Part shown: positions 25,489 through 37,621 of the stretch, piece by piece
How the letters are laid out: each line of letters opens with the position of its first letter
Position numbering within the stretch: position 1 is the first letter of the stretch
From: Yuukianura sp. NJ FZ-2021
Lineage: Eukaryota
Reading direction: 5' to 3'
Assembly (NCBI GenBank): GCA_046563655.1
Contig: CM102290.1
Location: forward strand, 13,020,001-13,084,000
DNA length: 64,000 nucleotides
Made by a program: the position numbers and the translations under genes
The notes under the pieces: model-generated
The model's database searches: none
The model's input: only the letters and a program-made list of their open reading frames with translations
Told to the model about the DNA's origin: nothing

Positions 25489-27299
25489 TTCGATTTAAAA
25501 ATTGTTCGTCCCGCACTTTGCAAATTTTAAAACACTTTACACAACTGATGTGTCATTGAGTAAACGTCTCTACGAGTATCGTATTCTAAACCGGTACTGA
25601 TTTTTTTTAGTGAAAAGTGGCATTTGACATTGTTGAATGATAATATCTAATCAGAAAAGTATGGCTTTGGTGTAGTCAGCATTTAAGGGGTTATGTAGCC
25701 ACCGATCGATTAGATTAGTCTATAACAGAGCAATAGTAGTGCATGATCTGCATTGTGCAAAACCAGTTTCCGTCGGATGACTTGATCAATTATGTAAACT
25801 AAACTTAACTTGCAATTACGTGTAAAGATCAGATTTTGTAGTGTAAGTGGATTACCTTTTTACCTACTGCTCTGATGACCAAAGTGCAACTGATGTATCC
25901 CGATTTCATCAACCATCATTTCGTCAACTTTTCAGAAATCCAAGGACGCATGTGCGTTTGCGAGAATACCTTTGTTCATGAATCTAACTATACGCTGCCG
26001 CTACTCGTTTGAAAATAGAATATATAACTGGACGCAAGAAATTTTTGATTTCTTTCCGGCTCGATGACTTTTGAATACAGATTTAATATTGCATCATCAA
26101 AATCTGGATTTGGGGTGGGTGGTTTACAAAGTGCTACGCTGCAATTAAATTTTGCTCAAGTGCCAAATAAAATGTCTTTTGGTTTGGACTCCTTGTTAAC
26201 ATTATTATGAAATTTCTGGATTGAGTCTGTAGCTTTTCTGTTGCAAATGTTAATAGAAGATACTCATCTCTTGTCCCCTCTCGGTTTCATTAACTTTTAA
26301 AGTGGCACTTACAAAGAAGTGGATAATGAATGTTCCAAGATGCATTTCGTTTTCAGATCACTTTGAGCTTCTCCAGGGAGACGAACTCTTCTTGTGTTGA
26401 GTTGCATTTGTAAGAATTGGGCCATTTTTAGTAGTGCGAAAAGTGTGATTGTGACTCACAATTTGTGAGTGATAGGAACTGAATATTAGGAACCGTATAG
26501 AAGTTTGGGTGGTTAAACGACTGTCTGGCACGGAATTTACACAAATCCAATTCCCTTGTAACAATTTTAGCTTTGGTAAGAGAATATTTTAAAACAGAAT
26601 TAATTATTAATAACCAAAACTATTTTAAAAAGTGGATGTTTTTTTAAAGCATAACGTTTTTTTTTTGTTTTACATCCCTTTAGCCGCTGAATTCTATTTT
26701 CAACCCCTTGTAACCTACCACAGTAAAGGTTAAAATTTCCAAGAAGGAAAATGTATTTGCTGTGTGAAGGGTACTTGAAGGGCCCCTGTTGCTAATACCT
26801 CATTTGTGTTCATGAACGTCGTACAAATTTCGACATTGCGTTATTGTTTTATATGGTGTGAGTTTTTGTTTTTGTCACTTTGAGACTAATCCAATCCAAT
26901 TATAAACTTTGTGGAGCATAAGTGGTGCACTTATTGGCTTTTGGAATGAGGGGGAAATTAATCCGCGCTGTCCAAATACCCCTCAAATTTCCACAGCTTA
27001 ACTCTTTCTTTTGTTTTTAAATCCTTTAAAAGCAAGGGTTGTACTAATTTTAAACTTTTTTCAAAAAAGGAATTTGTTCACACGTACGAAGGGACTTTAC
27101 GTGTCAGTTCAAGTTTGGTCGTTGGACAAAATACTTGTAGTAGTTCTGATTTTGAATGTTTGAATTTCAACACTGTGAATAATTGCAAACCAAGCGCAAA
27201 ACTTCAACTACTCAGAGGTCAATTTCAATAGTTTCAGTTCAAATAATAGTTTGCGGTTTGCATTTTTTTTAACTTACAGTTTGAAACGTAAGATTGAAA

Positions 27300-30231
27300 A
27301 TGGCCGGGAGAAAAGCCGAGAGGAAAACTTCCAAAGCTGGTACTGTTAGTGCTAAAAGTAAATCGACGCCGAAGCGTACTGTTAGTGCTAAAAGTAAATC
27401 GACGCCAAAGCGTACTGCTAGTGCTAAAAGTAAATCGACGCCAAAGCGGCAGCCAGTACCGAAGGCATCCGAGTCGCCTACTCGTAAGGTCACGGAATTG
27501 ATTCGGGATCGGTCGTGTCCTGCGGGGTAAGTCCTCATGAATTAAAATTTAGCCTACGAAATTAAGTTTCAAGTTTATTTTGCTTTTCATGCTAAATATT
27601 TTGTTCACATTGCAGTACCGTATTTTGCCTACGAGTAATTGGCAAGCGGGAGTTAGGAAACGATAATTATGAGTTTGCATTCAAAGAAGGAAGGACAATT
27701 GTACGTGGAGTATCATTTAAACACAACGGCGGACCAGCGAACAACGATTTGCTAAAAGTATGTTATTCAGTTTTCGTTGATAATTTTTGAATTTTAATTT
27801 GAAGTGCTTAATGCAAACTTTAATTAATTCCAGGAGGGGAACACTTATAAAGTGAAGGCTCTGCGCAAGGACACAATTATTGCCTTCAGAAACAAAAAGT
27901 TCAACCAGTTTAACTACACTTCAAAGTACGAGCTCCAGCTTCCAGAGCTAATACTGATTTCCGCAAAGGCCAATCGGCGTGCGAGGAATTCCGAATCAGG
28001 ATTGGATGGAATAAACAAGCGTAAGTCCATTTGTCTATTTTCTGAACAGATGAATGGCACTTTATGATTTTGCTTTTATTGTAGTGAAAAGCTTGATTGG
28101 CACAGCAGGACTATTCAATGAAAATGTGAATCTAACTGGCGTCAAAATTCGGCATTGCGAATTTTGGAGATACAAAGGCTGTAATATTTGTGCGACTAGC
28201 GTGAGTTCGGAAATACAACTCATGACATTTCTATTGGATTGATTGCGTTTATAATTTTTTCAGATTCGAAACACAATGCTTAGTGGCAAACAATTGGTGT
28301 GTTCAAATTGTCGAAAACAAGGTGGAGACAAACTGGAGGACGGAACATGGAAGATGTTCATGACTCTCAGAGTAAAAAAAAATATCATTTCCCAAATTTT
28401 CAAACTTTCGTTTAGCCACAACTTTCTCTTGGGGCATTGAGAAACAGTATAATTTGCTTTGCAGAATTTTTGTTTTGAAGACGACCATGGTAACGAGATT
28501 CAAGGCCCAATTGCGTTTCACCGTGAATGTGAAAAAATACTCGGAAAGCTTTGTGGAAATTACGATCAAATGTTTGACGAAGAAATACAGAATATTGTGG
28601 TAGAAAAATTAATTGGAGCGAAGGTCAATGCCAACGTTAATATAAAGAGGGTAAGGCACGAAATCTTTACTTAAGAGTTGTTTTGCATTCCGGTACCACT
28701 GAGTAACCTTGTTTGTTTAGGAAAAATGTCGAAAACCTGGCGCACAGCCGACTAAACTAAGCATGGTGGTGTCGCGTTTGAAAATTTTAACACCCCCGCC
28801 AAAGTCAGATGGTGGGTTGTGCAAAGAAAATGAATGTGCACCATCAACGAGTCGAAATTGTTACTCTGCTCCACTACCGTCGCCGTTCGTAGCATTGGAG
28901 CCAATGAATTTTACAACCGCTCCAGCCAAGTATGCGCAGTCCGTGCATTCTGGAACCGATTCGGTCAGTTTCGGGCAACCGGATGAATCGGACCGGTCGG
29001 ATTTGGAATCAGCGACAGATCCGGAACCTTATTCACCAGAACCAATTAATTCACCGGAACCAATTAACGATTCATGGCCAGGCACTGATGAATTGGAAGA
29101 TGAAGTCAATGCTGTAAGTACACCGTTCCTATTTCGTTTTACTTATATATTTCTGTTAAATAACACTGAATTTGTGCTGCGTTTGCAAATTTGAAAAGCA
29201 ATTTGTAACGAACGATCCAATTCAAATTGATTCAACTGTAGTTGATCAAATGCAGTTGACCCGTTGGTATTTATAACCTATTGATTTTTGATAGACTCTG
29301 AACAGCACCGCGAATCTTGAAAAATGTGGGGCAATGGTTCTGCATATTTACAATACCAGACGTCCAAATGGAACTTATGTTACGCGACCCGGTTCGGAAA
29401 AAGACATAGCTAAACTTAAAAAGCTGTTTTCTGATACACTTGACGTGAAACTTTTTGGACCATTTAAAGATATCAAATCAACCGTAAGTTACGTTACTTT
29501 GCTGTCAGAAAACAAATGCTAAATTTTTAATATTTTTGAATTCATTATTATTTTGTGCCATCTTTCTAGGATTTGGTTGGACTGATAGAGAAATTCAAAC
29601 AGTTTTTGGAAAAGATGAAGGCGGATAGTATGATGCTGTTCTTCTCGTGTCACGGGTGCCAGAATTTACTTGAGATGTCTGATGGGGAATTCGTCAACTT
29701 TTATACCGACGTAATGGGACGCTTTTCAGATGCCGAGTTCCCACACTTGGCGGGAAAACCGAAGATATTCTTTCCGCTCGGGTGTCAAGACTTTCACTAC
29801 GAAAAACTGGACAAGCAGCTTAGTCAAAATCAGTTTCTTTTGTCAGACTACTCCACAATTCTGATTTCCCTGCCACAGTTATCTGGAAATAAAAGTGCGC
29901 GTTGTGAAAATACTGGAACGCCGTTTGTTAAATATTTTTGCGAAATCGTCCGGAAACACTGCCAAGAGTTCCACGTGAAGGAGCTCATTGATCTAGTAAA
30001 CGTTTACGTAAGACAGAGCATACGCAACTCACAACTGGAGTTCAAAAGTTTGCTTCAATTTCTAAGTCCTATATTTTCAAAATTGAATAGGTGCAGACTG
30101 GGGTGAAGAAGCTTCGCGACTCTATTCCAGAATTGAGGGAAAAACTACAACATCAAGTCCCACAAGCACAATCGATTGGTTTCCATATTAAGTATTACTT
30201 CAAGAAGAAGCATACTAATCAGAATGCATGA
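27300..30231 (+). CDS. RPA70-like OB-fold/zinc-ribbon - caspase (peptidase C14) fusion protein, 10 exons, ~704 aa
   Basis: Exons 27300-27526, 27616-27757, 27834-28020, 28085-28200, 28264-28371, 28465-28650, 28721-29113, 29295-29483, 29570-29995 and 30091-30231 join in frame with GT-AG introns. OB-like CLRVIGKR..EFAFKEGRTIVRGVSF..LLKEGNTYKV..RNKKFN..SKYEL. Zinc ribbon YKGCNIC..VCSNC followed by FEDDHG..AFHRECEKILG. Caspase motifs RPGSEKD, FFSCHG, LAGKPKIFFPLGCQ, SAR..GTPFVKYFC, QVPQ..YYF. Confidence 0.8.
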
Positions 30232-30378
30232 GCGGACAGCGATCTGAGAACGCAGTTATGGACTTTAGGTGCGCACGACAAAGTTTTATTGTTAGTTTTA
30301 GTATTGGTATTCTTTGAAATGCATAAAATTTTATTATTTGGGCTTCATAATCTGATACTGCTGACTGTTTTGATACGT

Positions 30379-32893
30379 TTAGATTTCCAGACAACTTCTG
30401 TTTCGTATGACAACATTGTAAGGGAGTGGGTCAAGGGTCATACCATGATTAGCATCATCAACCGGAAGTCCAGTCAAATCGTCACAATGAAAACTGAATT
30501 CCTGAAACAGAGTGGCTGTTATAAGGACCATGCTTGTCTTAGCGAGATGTTCTCCAATGCATCTTCGTTTTCCTGAAAATATCAAACTTTTTGTTATATT
30601 TTATGAATTTATGGACTATATGAATTTATTTATAAAGATTAAATACCGAGGCCAAAAGAAACAATTTTATCTGTATTAATAAGCCTCCCATCAGCGGATA
30701 AGAATCTTTCAGGAGAGAATTCATTTGCATTCTGCCAAATTGATTCGTCTCTACTTGCACTCCAAACGTTTAAGAGCACTGAAGCTCCCTAACAATTTGC
30801 ACCAAAATTATTTCGAAAGTTCATAAAACTCCATTTTTCCTTAGAATTCGAAATTGAGTTCATTCGAAGTCTAGGTTTTTGTAAACATTTGTATTACTTT
30901 TGGAATTTTGTAACCCTCGTAACACCAACTTCCGAGAACTTTCCTTGGAATAATTGGAGCCACGCTTGAGAGTCTACAAATTTTTAAGTTTTCAGCATAC
31001 TTTTTTAAAATTTTCAATGCAATTTGTAAATGAAAATTATGGTCGACTTTAAGCATTTTCTAATACCTGTAAAGCTCAAATAAAGTGGCTTGGAGGTATG
31101 TCAATCTGTAAATTCAAAGAAGACACATTAACTCCATTCCTTAGAAACTTTGTCAATTGCAAATTTGGCAAAACTTAATTTTTACATAGTAAGGTAGTAA
31201 TAAGAATTCCTATTTAGTTACAAAACCTTGGTATGTCATTTGTGGTGACACGCTTGTGACCAATTACTCTGTCAACCTCCTCTTGTATATTGACCTGTAT
31301 CCAAGGATAGTACAGTACAAAGCGGATTAAAAACTTAATTGAATATGACTGCGTATCACTCCCTCCAACTCCAAGGTCTTGAAGCACGGCTATCAAGTTA
31401 GGTTCTGCAAAGATTTGCAAAGTAAATTTTGGCAATGGAAGCGTATGTATTTGAAATTTGTGCGGTAAATTTTAAAAAACCTGTAAAAATGTCTGCATCA
31501 ACTTTCCCCGGCACTTTCTCCGAATTGTCAACTTTTTGTAAGAATTCTTCTAAGAAGCTTCGCGGATTGCTTAAATATACTCCTTCTTTTCTCACTTCCC
31601 AAACCAAATCCTAAATAAACCATAAAAACATTAAACACAAAAAACACATAAAAACATAAACGACCTTTGTATACAAATTTATTTAGAATCGGGGCTTACT
31701 TCATAAATTTTCCACCATTTTTTATAAAGTAAACACAACGCTTCTAATCCCATCAAGCCCGGAAAAATTCGCATAAGAATCGGAAAAATTTGGCCAATTC
31801 CACCACCAAATTGTAAAGATCTATCTACAGCGTGCATCGTATCCAGTAAAACGCGTGTTTCTTTGTCGCCATCACATGAACACACTTTTCCAGTCACAAT
31901 GGCCCAAACCGTATTGAAAAAAATGGAGTCGAATTGATTCGTGACGGTCCACGTCACGTGACCATTCGTCATGCTACTTTTCAACTTTTCACAAAATTCG
32001 GATATCTGCCCGATGACAATTGTCTCCGTTTTTGCTTTTGTACCAAACCCATATTTCCGCAGAATCCGATGTGTGAATGTACGTGTCTCGGACCACATTT
32101 CAGGTTTTGAAAATATCAAACCTTCAAAATTTATAACGAGAATATGAAATTCAAATTTTGTTTGGAAGAAGGAAGCATAATGACATCTTCCTTTTTAACC
32201 TAAAAATATATGCCATACAGTCGAACCTCTCATTGTGCAACAAGTTCTGATTGGTTGGATCGAATAATAGTTTTCGAGGCTACCGTACGACTTCAAAATC
32301 TAACACATCTGAGAATTTGCCCCACCCACAATGATTTTTTTTTGCTTTGTTTACATACAAAATCACTCCAATAACTCAAGTTTTACGTATCCCACCGTCA
32401 GGAGTTGCAGAACTAAAAGTTGTGGAATGAGGGGTTCTACTGTATTTTTTTTTAATTTCGTTGTAAAAATTGAGTTGGCGTACCCACGTCTTGACCATTT
32501 GCTTTTTCCAGTAACACAAAGTCGTTTTCGTCGATTCTACTTAAAAGCTGATCTGAGCTGGCAACTTTTACAAAATCGCTGTAGCTGTTTATGACTACAG
32601 CTAAAAACAAAAGAGATTATAAATAATAAAAAAAACATCACAAGCATTATTTTAAACAGTTGTTATATACCAGTGAAAGACGGGCCCAGTTGAACGGTAA
32701 ATACAGATCCATACCTTTTGGCTAATTTGTGAAAAGCAATTGCTGGACGACTAGCATCAGCCAGTAAAACGGAGAATAAAGAACCAATGAACGGAAACGA
32801 TGGTGGTCCTGGCGGTAAATTTTTACCCGAGTTTTTCCAAGACTGAATAAAAATGAATAAGATACTAAATGCTGTTAATAGAAAAAGAAACAT
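30379..32893 (-). CDS. Cytochrome P450, CYP2 clan (microsomal), multi-exon
   Basis: N-terminal anchor plus LPPGPPSFPFIG, C-helix WSETR, I-helix DLGVGGSDT, ExxR (ELYR), SPERF, and heme motif SFGLGKRRCIGE. Confidence 0.92.
32218..32442. mobile_element. MITE, TA-flanked CAGT...ACTG family (Tc1/mariner/pogo-like), CYP intron
   Basis: ta|cagtcgaacctctcatt ... aatgaggggttctactg|ta. Confidence 0.8.
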
Positions 32894-33519
32894 TTTAGAA
32901 AAGTTGTGCTAAAGCTGTTGGCGTAGGGCGAAGCGTCTGTTTGTATACAATACACTCCTCTGGCTTTCTTTTTCTAATTCCCAACAACTTCTCGGTTTTG
33001 AGCAAATCCAGGCATTGATATTAAGTGTAGTTAGTAACAAACAAGTTTAGCTAACAAGAATGGGCAATTTAAGAAATACATAGTGCAGTGTAATAGTTTT
33101 TTATGACCGATTGTTTTCTCCTTACGCTTTTGCTTTGTTAAGGGAATTGAAAGCTCAAATTTCAAACACAGAACAAATTGTAATACTGAACGTAGCCAAA
33201 CCTAGCCGAAAGTAGCGTAACAACACTGTTGTGAAAAAAGAACCACGATAATCCAATCATTACCTTATTCGAACAACAAAGGTTGTAATTCATTTGTATT
33301 TCATTTGTTGCATTGCAACCTAAAATCAGAGGTAATTACAGTCATGACCTTGAAAAATCTAAGGAATCTAACAATCAGTTTGAGCCATTCAAAATTATGT
33401 TGGAAATGGAAATTGCGACTTCAATTTGGAGAACATCCTGTATACCTCCATCAATCTAAAGGGTTTAAGACTGCACAATAATAAAATGTAAAATACGACT
33501 GACGAGTATTACTTATGTA

Positions 33520-33904
33520 CAGTGTGTCCCACGTAAAAGTAGACATGAAGCTTGCTTCGGCGTTTCTTTAAAAATTTTGAAGTACGCGGGGTATTTACCA
33601 CCTCAAATTCAAATATTCAAAATTTTGAGGTAAAATTAGTGTTACAGGTTTTTAGAAGCTAATTTGCAAAAATAGCCAGGCTGTGTACTGTATTTATGCT
33701 GGGATCCACTTTTACCGTCGTACAGTTTACATTGTAGTACGCCGGTAAAAGTAGACACCGTTTTAATTGGTGTCATTCCTACGCCACGTTATACTTAAGC
33801 GGGAACGACTTGAATTTAGCATTTTTTTTGGCGGTTTTCGGTTATATTTTTGAAAATAAAAAAAAACTTTATTTCCGTCTGTCTACTGTTACCTGGGACA
33901 CACT
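33520..33904. mobile_element. Tc1/mariner-like MITE with internal inverted repeats
   Basis: ta|cagtgtgtcccacgtaaaagtagaca pairs with tgtctactgttacctgggacacact. Internal acttttaccg / cggtaaaagtagaca. Confidence 0.7.
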
Positions 33905-34131
33905 TTCGAATGTAACGTTAGCATTAACGCCTAAAGAGTGACGTACTGTGTGAAGTCGTGATAGTACCCAAAAATACATTATTTTTGGGATAACGTTGGA
34001 AATGACACGGTAACTTCAATTACTTATTACAGGGTTGGGGTCTTATGTCTTATTTCAGCTTATGCAATGACAACGAAAACGAACAAGGTTTGGCACATTA
34101 ACGAAGTCTAAAGTCTACTTTAACGTTTGCA

Positions 34132-37100
34132 TTAAATTTGATATCCGCCGTAGCCCAGTTGGTGACTCAAGTCCATGCCATCCTGCCGTATGTGAAGGCG
34201 GTGATCGAATCTTTGGTTGGGCGTAGGCGGGGGAGACCTAATGTTATTGTAGTGGCTGGAATTAGGATATGGAGGATAACCCACCGGAGCATAACTGGAG
34301 CCGAGATGGAAATTTCCACTGGTCGGATGTGGTGGGCATGCTGAAGTGGGGGAAGTATATTGAGAGTATCCACCGTAACCGAACATGAGTCCTGTTGGAG
34401 TCGATTGGGAACAGTAGGTAGGTGGAAGTGAGTTCATTTGGATGCTGGAGGTCAGATCGGTAGCGTAGTATGGAGCTGAGTAGTGACTTGTGCTGCCGTA
34501 AGATGACGCTCCATGGTGGGTGTACGGGAGGAAACCGGACTCATTGTTCGTGTTTCCCTGATGAGTGGTTCCACAGTTCAAGTGAGATAAGGGGAAAACG
34601 GAGTTGTCGGGAACCAAGGCCATGCCGATACTTGAATTGTTGGTAGTTGACTGTTCGGCATCGGCGATACTAGGGATTTGATCGACTAGAGATTCCAATA
34701 CAGAGAGTGATTTGGTTGCTACGTCAACCACTTTGGGCTCGTAAGAGGGCGGGTAGGGATGTCGCTGTACAGTGTTGTCCATAAGTCCTGAAATCAGTAA
34801 CAAGTCAACAACTGACTAAGAAATGAGTTAAGTAAATTTCATACGCGAAAAACATAGCATCAGCGCGAAAAACAATTAGTGCGAATCCAACAAGCTGGCA
34901 ACAGTGGAAGTGAAGCTGATTGAGGCGTAATGAAGGTTTTAAGGGTTAAAATATACATAATATATATCATTATAAATATATATTTATATATACTTATAAA
35001 ATGTATAAAGGTAAGTTACATTTCATTGGAAAATTGATACAGTGTTGCCAACTTGTGGAATTCGCGCGTAAATTTTGACAAATTCAAATCAGCTGTCGAC
35101 AGTAACTTTACCTTCGTGCCCAGCGGACATTCCTTGAAAACGATTTGACCTAGAAACTAGATGTTCATGGCGATTGTCATATGAGTGCTGACTGTATGCT
35201 TGTGACTTCGCAGGTTCGGGATGCAATTGCTGAATATTATTGAACGACTTTGCCGCCATAGATCGGCAATTGTGAGACAAGGAGTCTTGTGGCAGTTGCT
35301 TATTGCTGGTGGAACTCTGCAGCGTATTGTTACATCTCTGACTATCCATGCCGACAGTATTAATAACATCATGGGCTGACTCGGAATGATTGTTTCCACC
35401 AATGGGAGTTTGAGGTGAGCTACACGAGATCGCTGCACTAATTTCGGAAGACAAATCGGATTGAGTGGTAAAGGAGAGATGTGAAGGGGAAAGGCCGCCA
35501 CTGCCAGTATTGGATATTGAACCATTCTCTTCCCTCCGTCTGTCTTCGATGCTTGTATTTGTACCTGTAGAGTAGCCACTACTTACAGAGGATATTGCTT
35601 GAGTTTGAGGGGTTCCAAGAATACTGGATTGCATATTGCTGTCCAGGACGTCGGGACGTGTCTCGGTACCGACCGATCCATCGGCAACGGCTGTCGGTAC
35701 TTTAGATTTCCTCGGTCTGCCCCGACGTCTCTTCTGGGGATCTTGAGACTGTGTACTGGGCGATCCTGGATTAACTCCGCATTTACTTTTGCTTTTCTCT
35801 GGACGTGTTGCGTCAAAATCTGTCACCGGTTTCACTTTTTTCTCTTTTGCCGGTTGTTTTTCCGTTCCCTTGCGAGGACGTCCACGTTTTTTCTTTTCTG
35901 TAATTTCGATTATCGTAGTTGTGCCAATAGCTGGGCTGCTAGTGCCCGATTTTTTGCCTGTACTTGGTTTCCCGTCGGATTGATATAATGCATTTATTTT
36001 TGAATCACTAAATGTGATTTCCGAATCATCTAGTTCCGGTATAAGTCCATTGAGGTAGTCCTTGAACTTCTTTAGAGCCTGATAGAACGGGACTTTATCG
36101 GCAGCTCGAGGTAGCTGAGCACAGCGGGCACTGGAGGACGGCATTACCCAAATGTGCTGTCAAATTTTGAAAAACCAAACGGAATATTTAATAACACTCA
36201 CTCTCTGTCTGTCTGTCTGCCTATCACTTGACCTGTGACCTTGACATACCGTATTTGTGCCATCCACCAATTCAGTTTGACGACCAAAAGGAAAGTCCTT
36301 CTTTCCTGAAAATACCTCGTAGATAAGCTTTCCATTGAAAACTGCGATTTTAGGTTGGTATTTTTGTATCTTCTCCAGAAGCATTTGACTCCCATGTTTA
36401 ATTTCTCTGCGAGTGAGGTCCGCACTCCCTTTGGTTGGCCTGGCAACCATATTGGTAAACCCAATTCCATAATGAACTAGTGTATAATCGTCATCGGCTG
36501 TCAATGGTTGAGGGACTAGTCCTGATAAATGCAAGCACTTCCCTACAAAAAATAAAACGCAGCTATTTTAGTCTTTTTGTAAAAGTATACAGTAAACCTT
36601 CTCAAATTGCAACAAGAAACGCCACAAAACCCTAACTTTTTGTAGAGAGCTCAATTTTAAACGGGATTTATACTTGTACTATACTGTAATTTTCCACCTA
36701 AATTATGCTATGGGGCCAACCAAACCCCAATCACACCGAGTTGCAATTTGATAGGGTCTACTGTAAGTGAAATTCTGTCCTCAACAAATTTAAACGTGAG
36801 CTTAGAGTTAGCATGTGTTCTCTTTGTAAATGTTTCCGAATATTTGAAATTTTGTACAACGGAAAAATATACATGAGTAAGAAAACTTACAGAAATGATT
36901 CCCAGGACCTGCGTAGTGATGGCCCTTGAACGCTGCAAAGAGTCCAGGGTTAATCCCAACCTGAAACATCAATTTAAATATTTACTGTTCATTTTTATAC
37001 AACATTTTCCAAAAGTTGCAGTTGATTGGCGCCATATTTGTAGTCACTCAAGCTTTTGTTGGTATCTGTGTCCACACATACATAACCATTATGTGGTCAC

Positions 37101-37621
37101 ACCGGAATTTCAAATTGTTATGTTTAATGCTGTATTTGTGCTGAAAAGAAGTGTAGTGGCTTTTAACTGTTCAATGTACAACTTACAATAAGAATGTCCA
37201 GGTTGGACGTCAAGTGGTCTGGCAATGTCCTCTGGGACACCTCTGACTCAGACAGACCATTGAATCGATCCTGTCGTTTCCGCTCCTTTCGTTGCATTGC
37301 GGCGATGTTATCCCGGACAGGCTTCGAAATCTCTGTGTTTCTGCCAGGGAAAGTAAAACTTACTTTAGGTATTTCATGCAATTTGTAAAGTACTAATGCA
37401 GTTACTTACTTCATCTCGCTCTTTTTCTTTCTCCCGCGCTTTTTTATTTGGAGTGCCTCATGAAATGTAGCACTTGACACTGTAGCTTGCGACATCTCAT
37501 CTATGAAGCTGTAAGGGTCCTGTCCCTGATGTTGCTTTAGAACTGGCAACGACTGTCTGTGGGGGTTCACCCGGTTACGATGTTGTGCTTGATGGTAGGA
37601 GTGCACTGCTTCCATGTCCAT
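34132..37621 (-). CDS. TDG: G/T mismatch-specific thymine DNA glycosylase (TDG/Thd1) with AT-hooks, multi-exon; start approximate
   Basis: [101 protein letters not shown]-hooks KRGRPRK and RRGRPRK. Confidence 0.95.
34844..35070. repeat. Two fragments of a CA(G/C)TGTTGCCAA-type interspersed repeat in a TDG intron (related copy at ~40666-40710)
   Basis: gcgaatccaacaagctggcaacagtg (~34881-34906), cagtgttgccaacttgtggaattcgcgc (35040-) and cactgttgccaacttgttcaattcgcgc (~40666). Confidence 0.55.
36590..36763. mobile_element. MITE, TA-flanked CAGT...ACTG family, TDG intron
   Basis: ta|cagtaaaccttctcaaattgcaac ... gttgcaatttgatagggtctactg|ta. Confidence 0.8.

Noticed and set aside
30379..32893. CYP as a pseudogene because of the fragmented ORF track
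   Set aside because: The exons I checked splice in frame, and the heme, ExxR and PERF motifs are intact.
36065..36144. TDG insect-type extension with AT-hooks as a novelty
   Set aside because: AT-hooks are already known in Drosophila Thd1.
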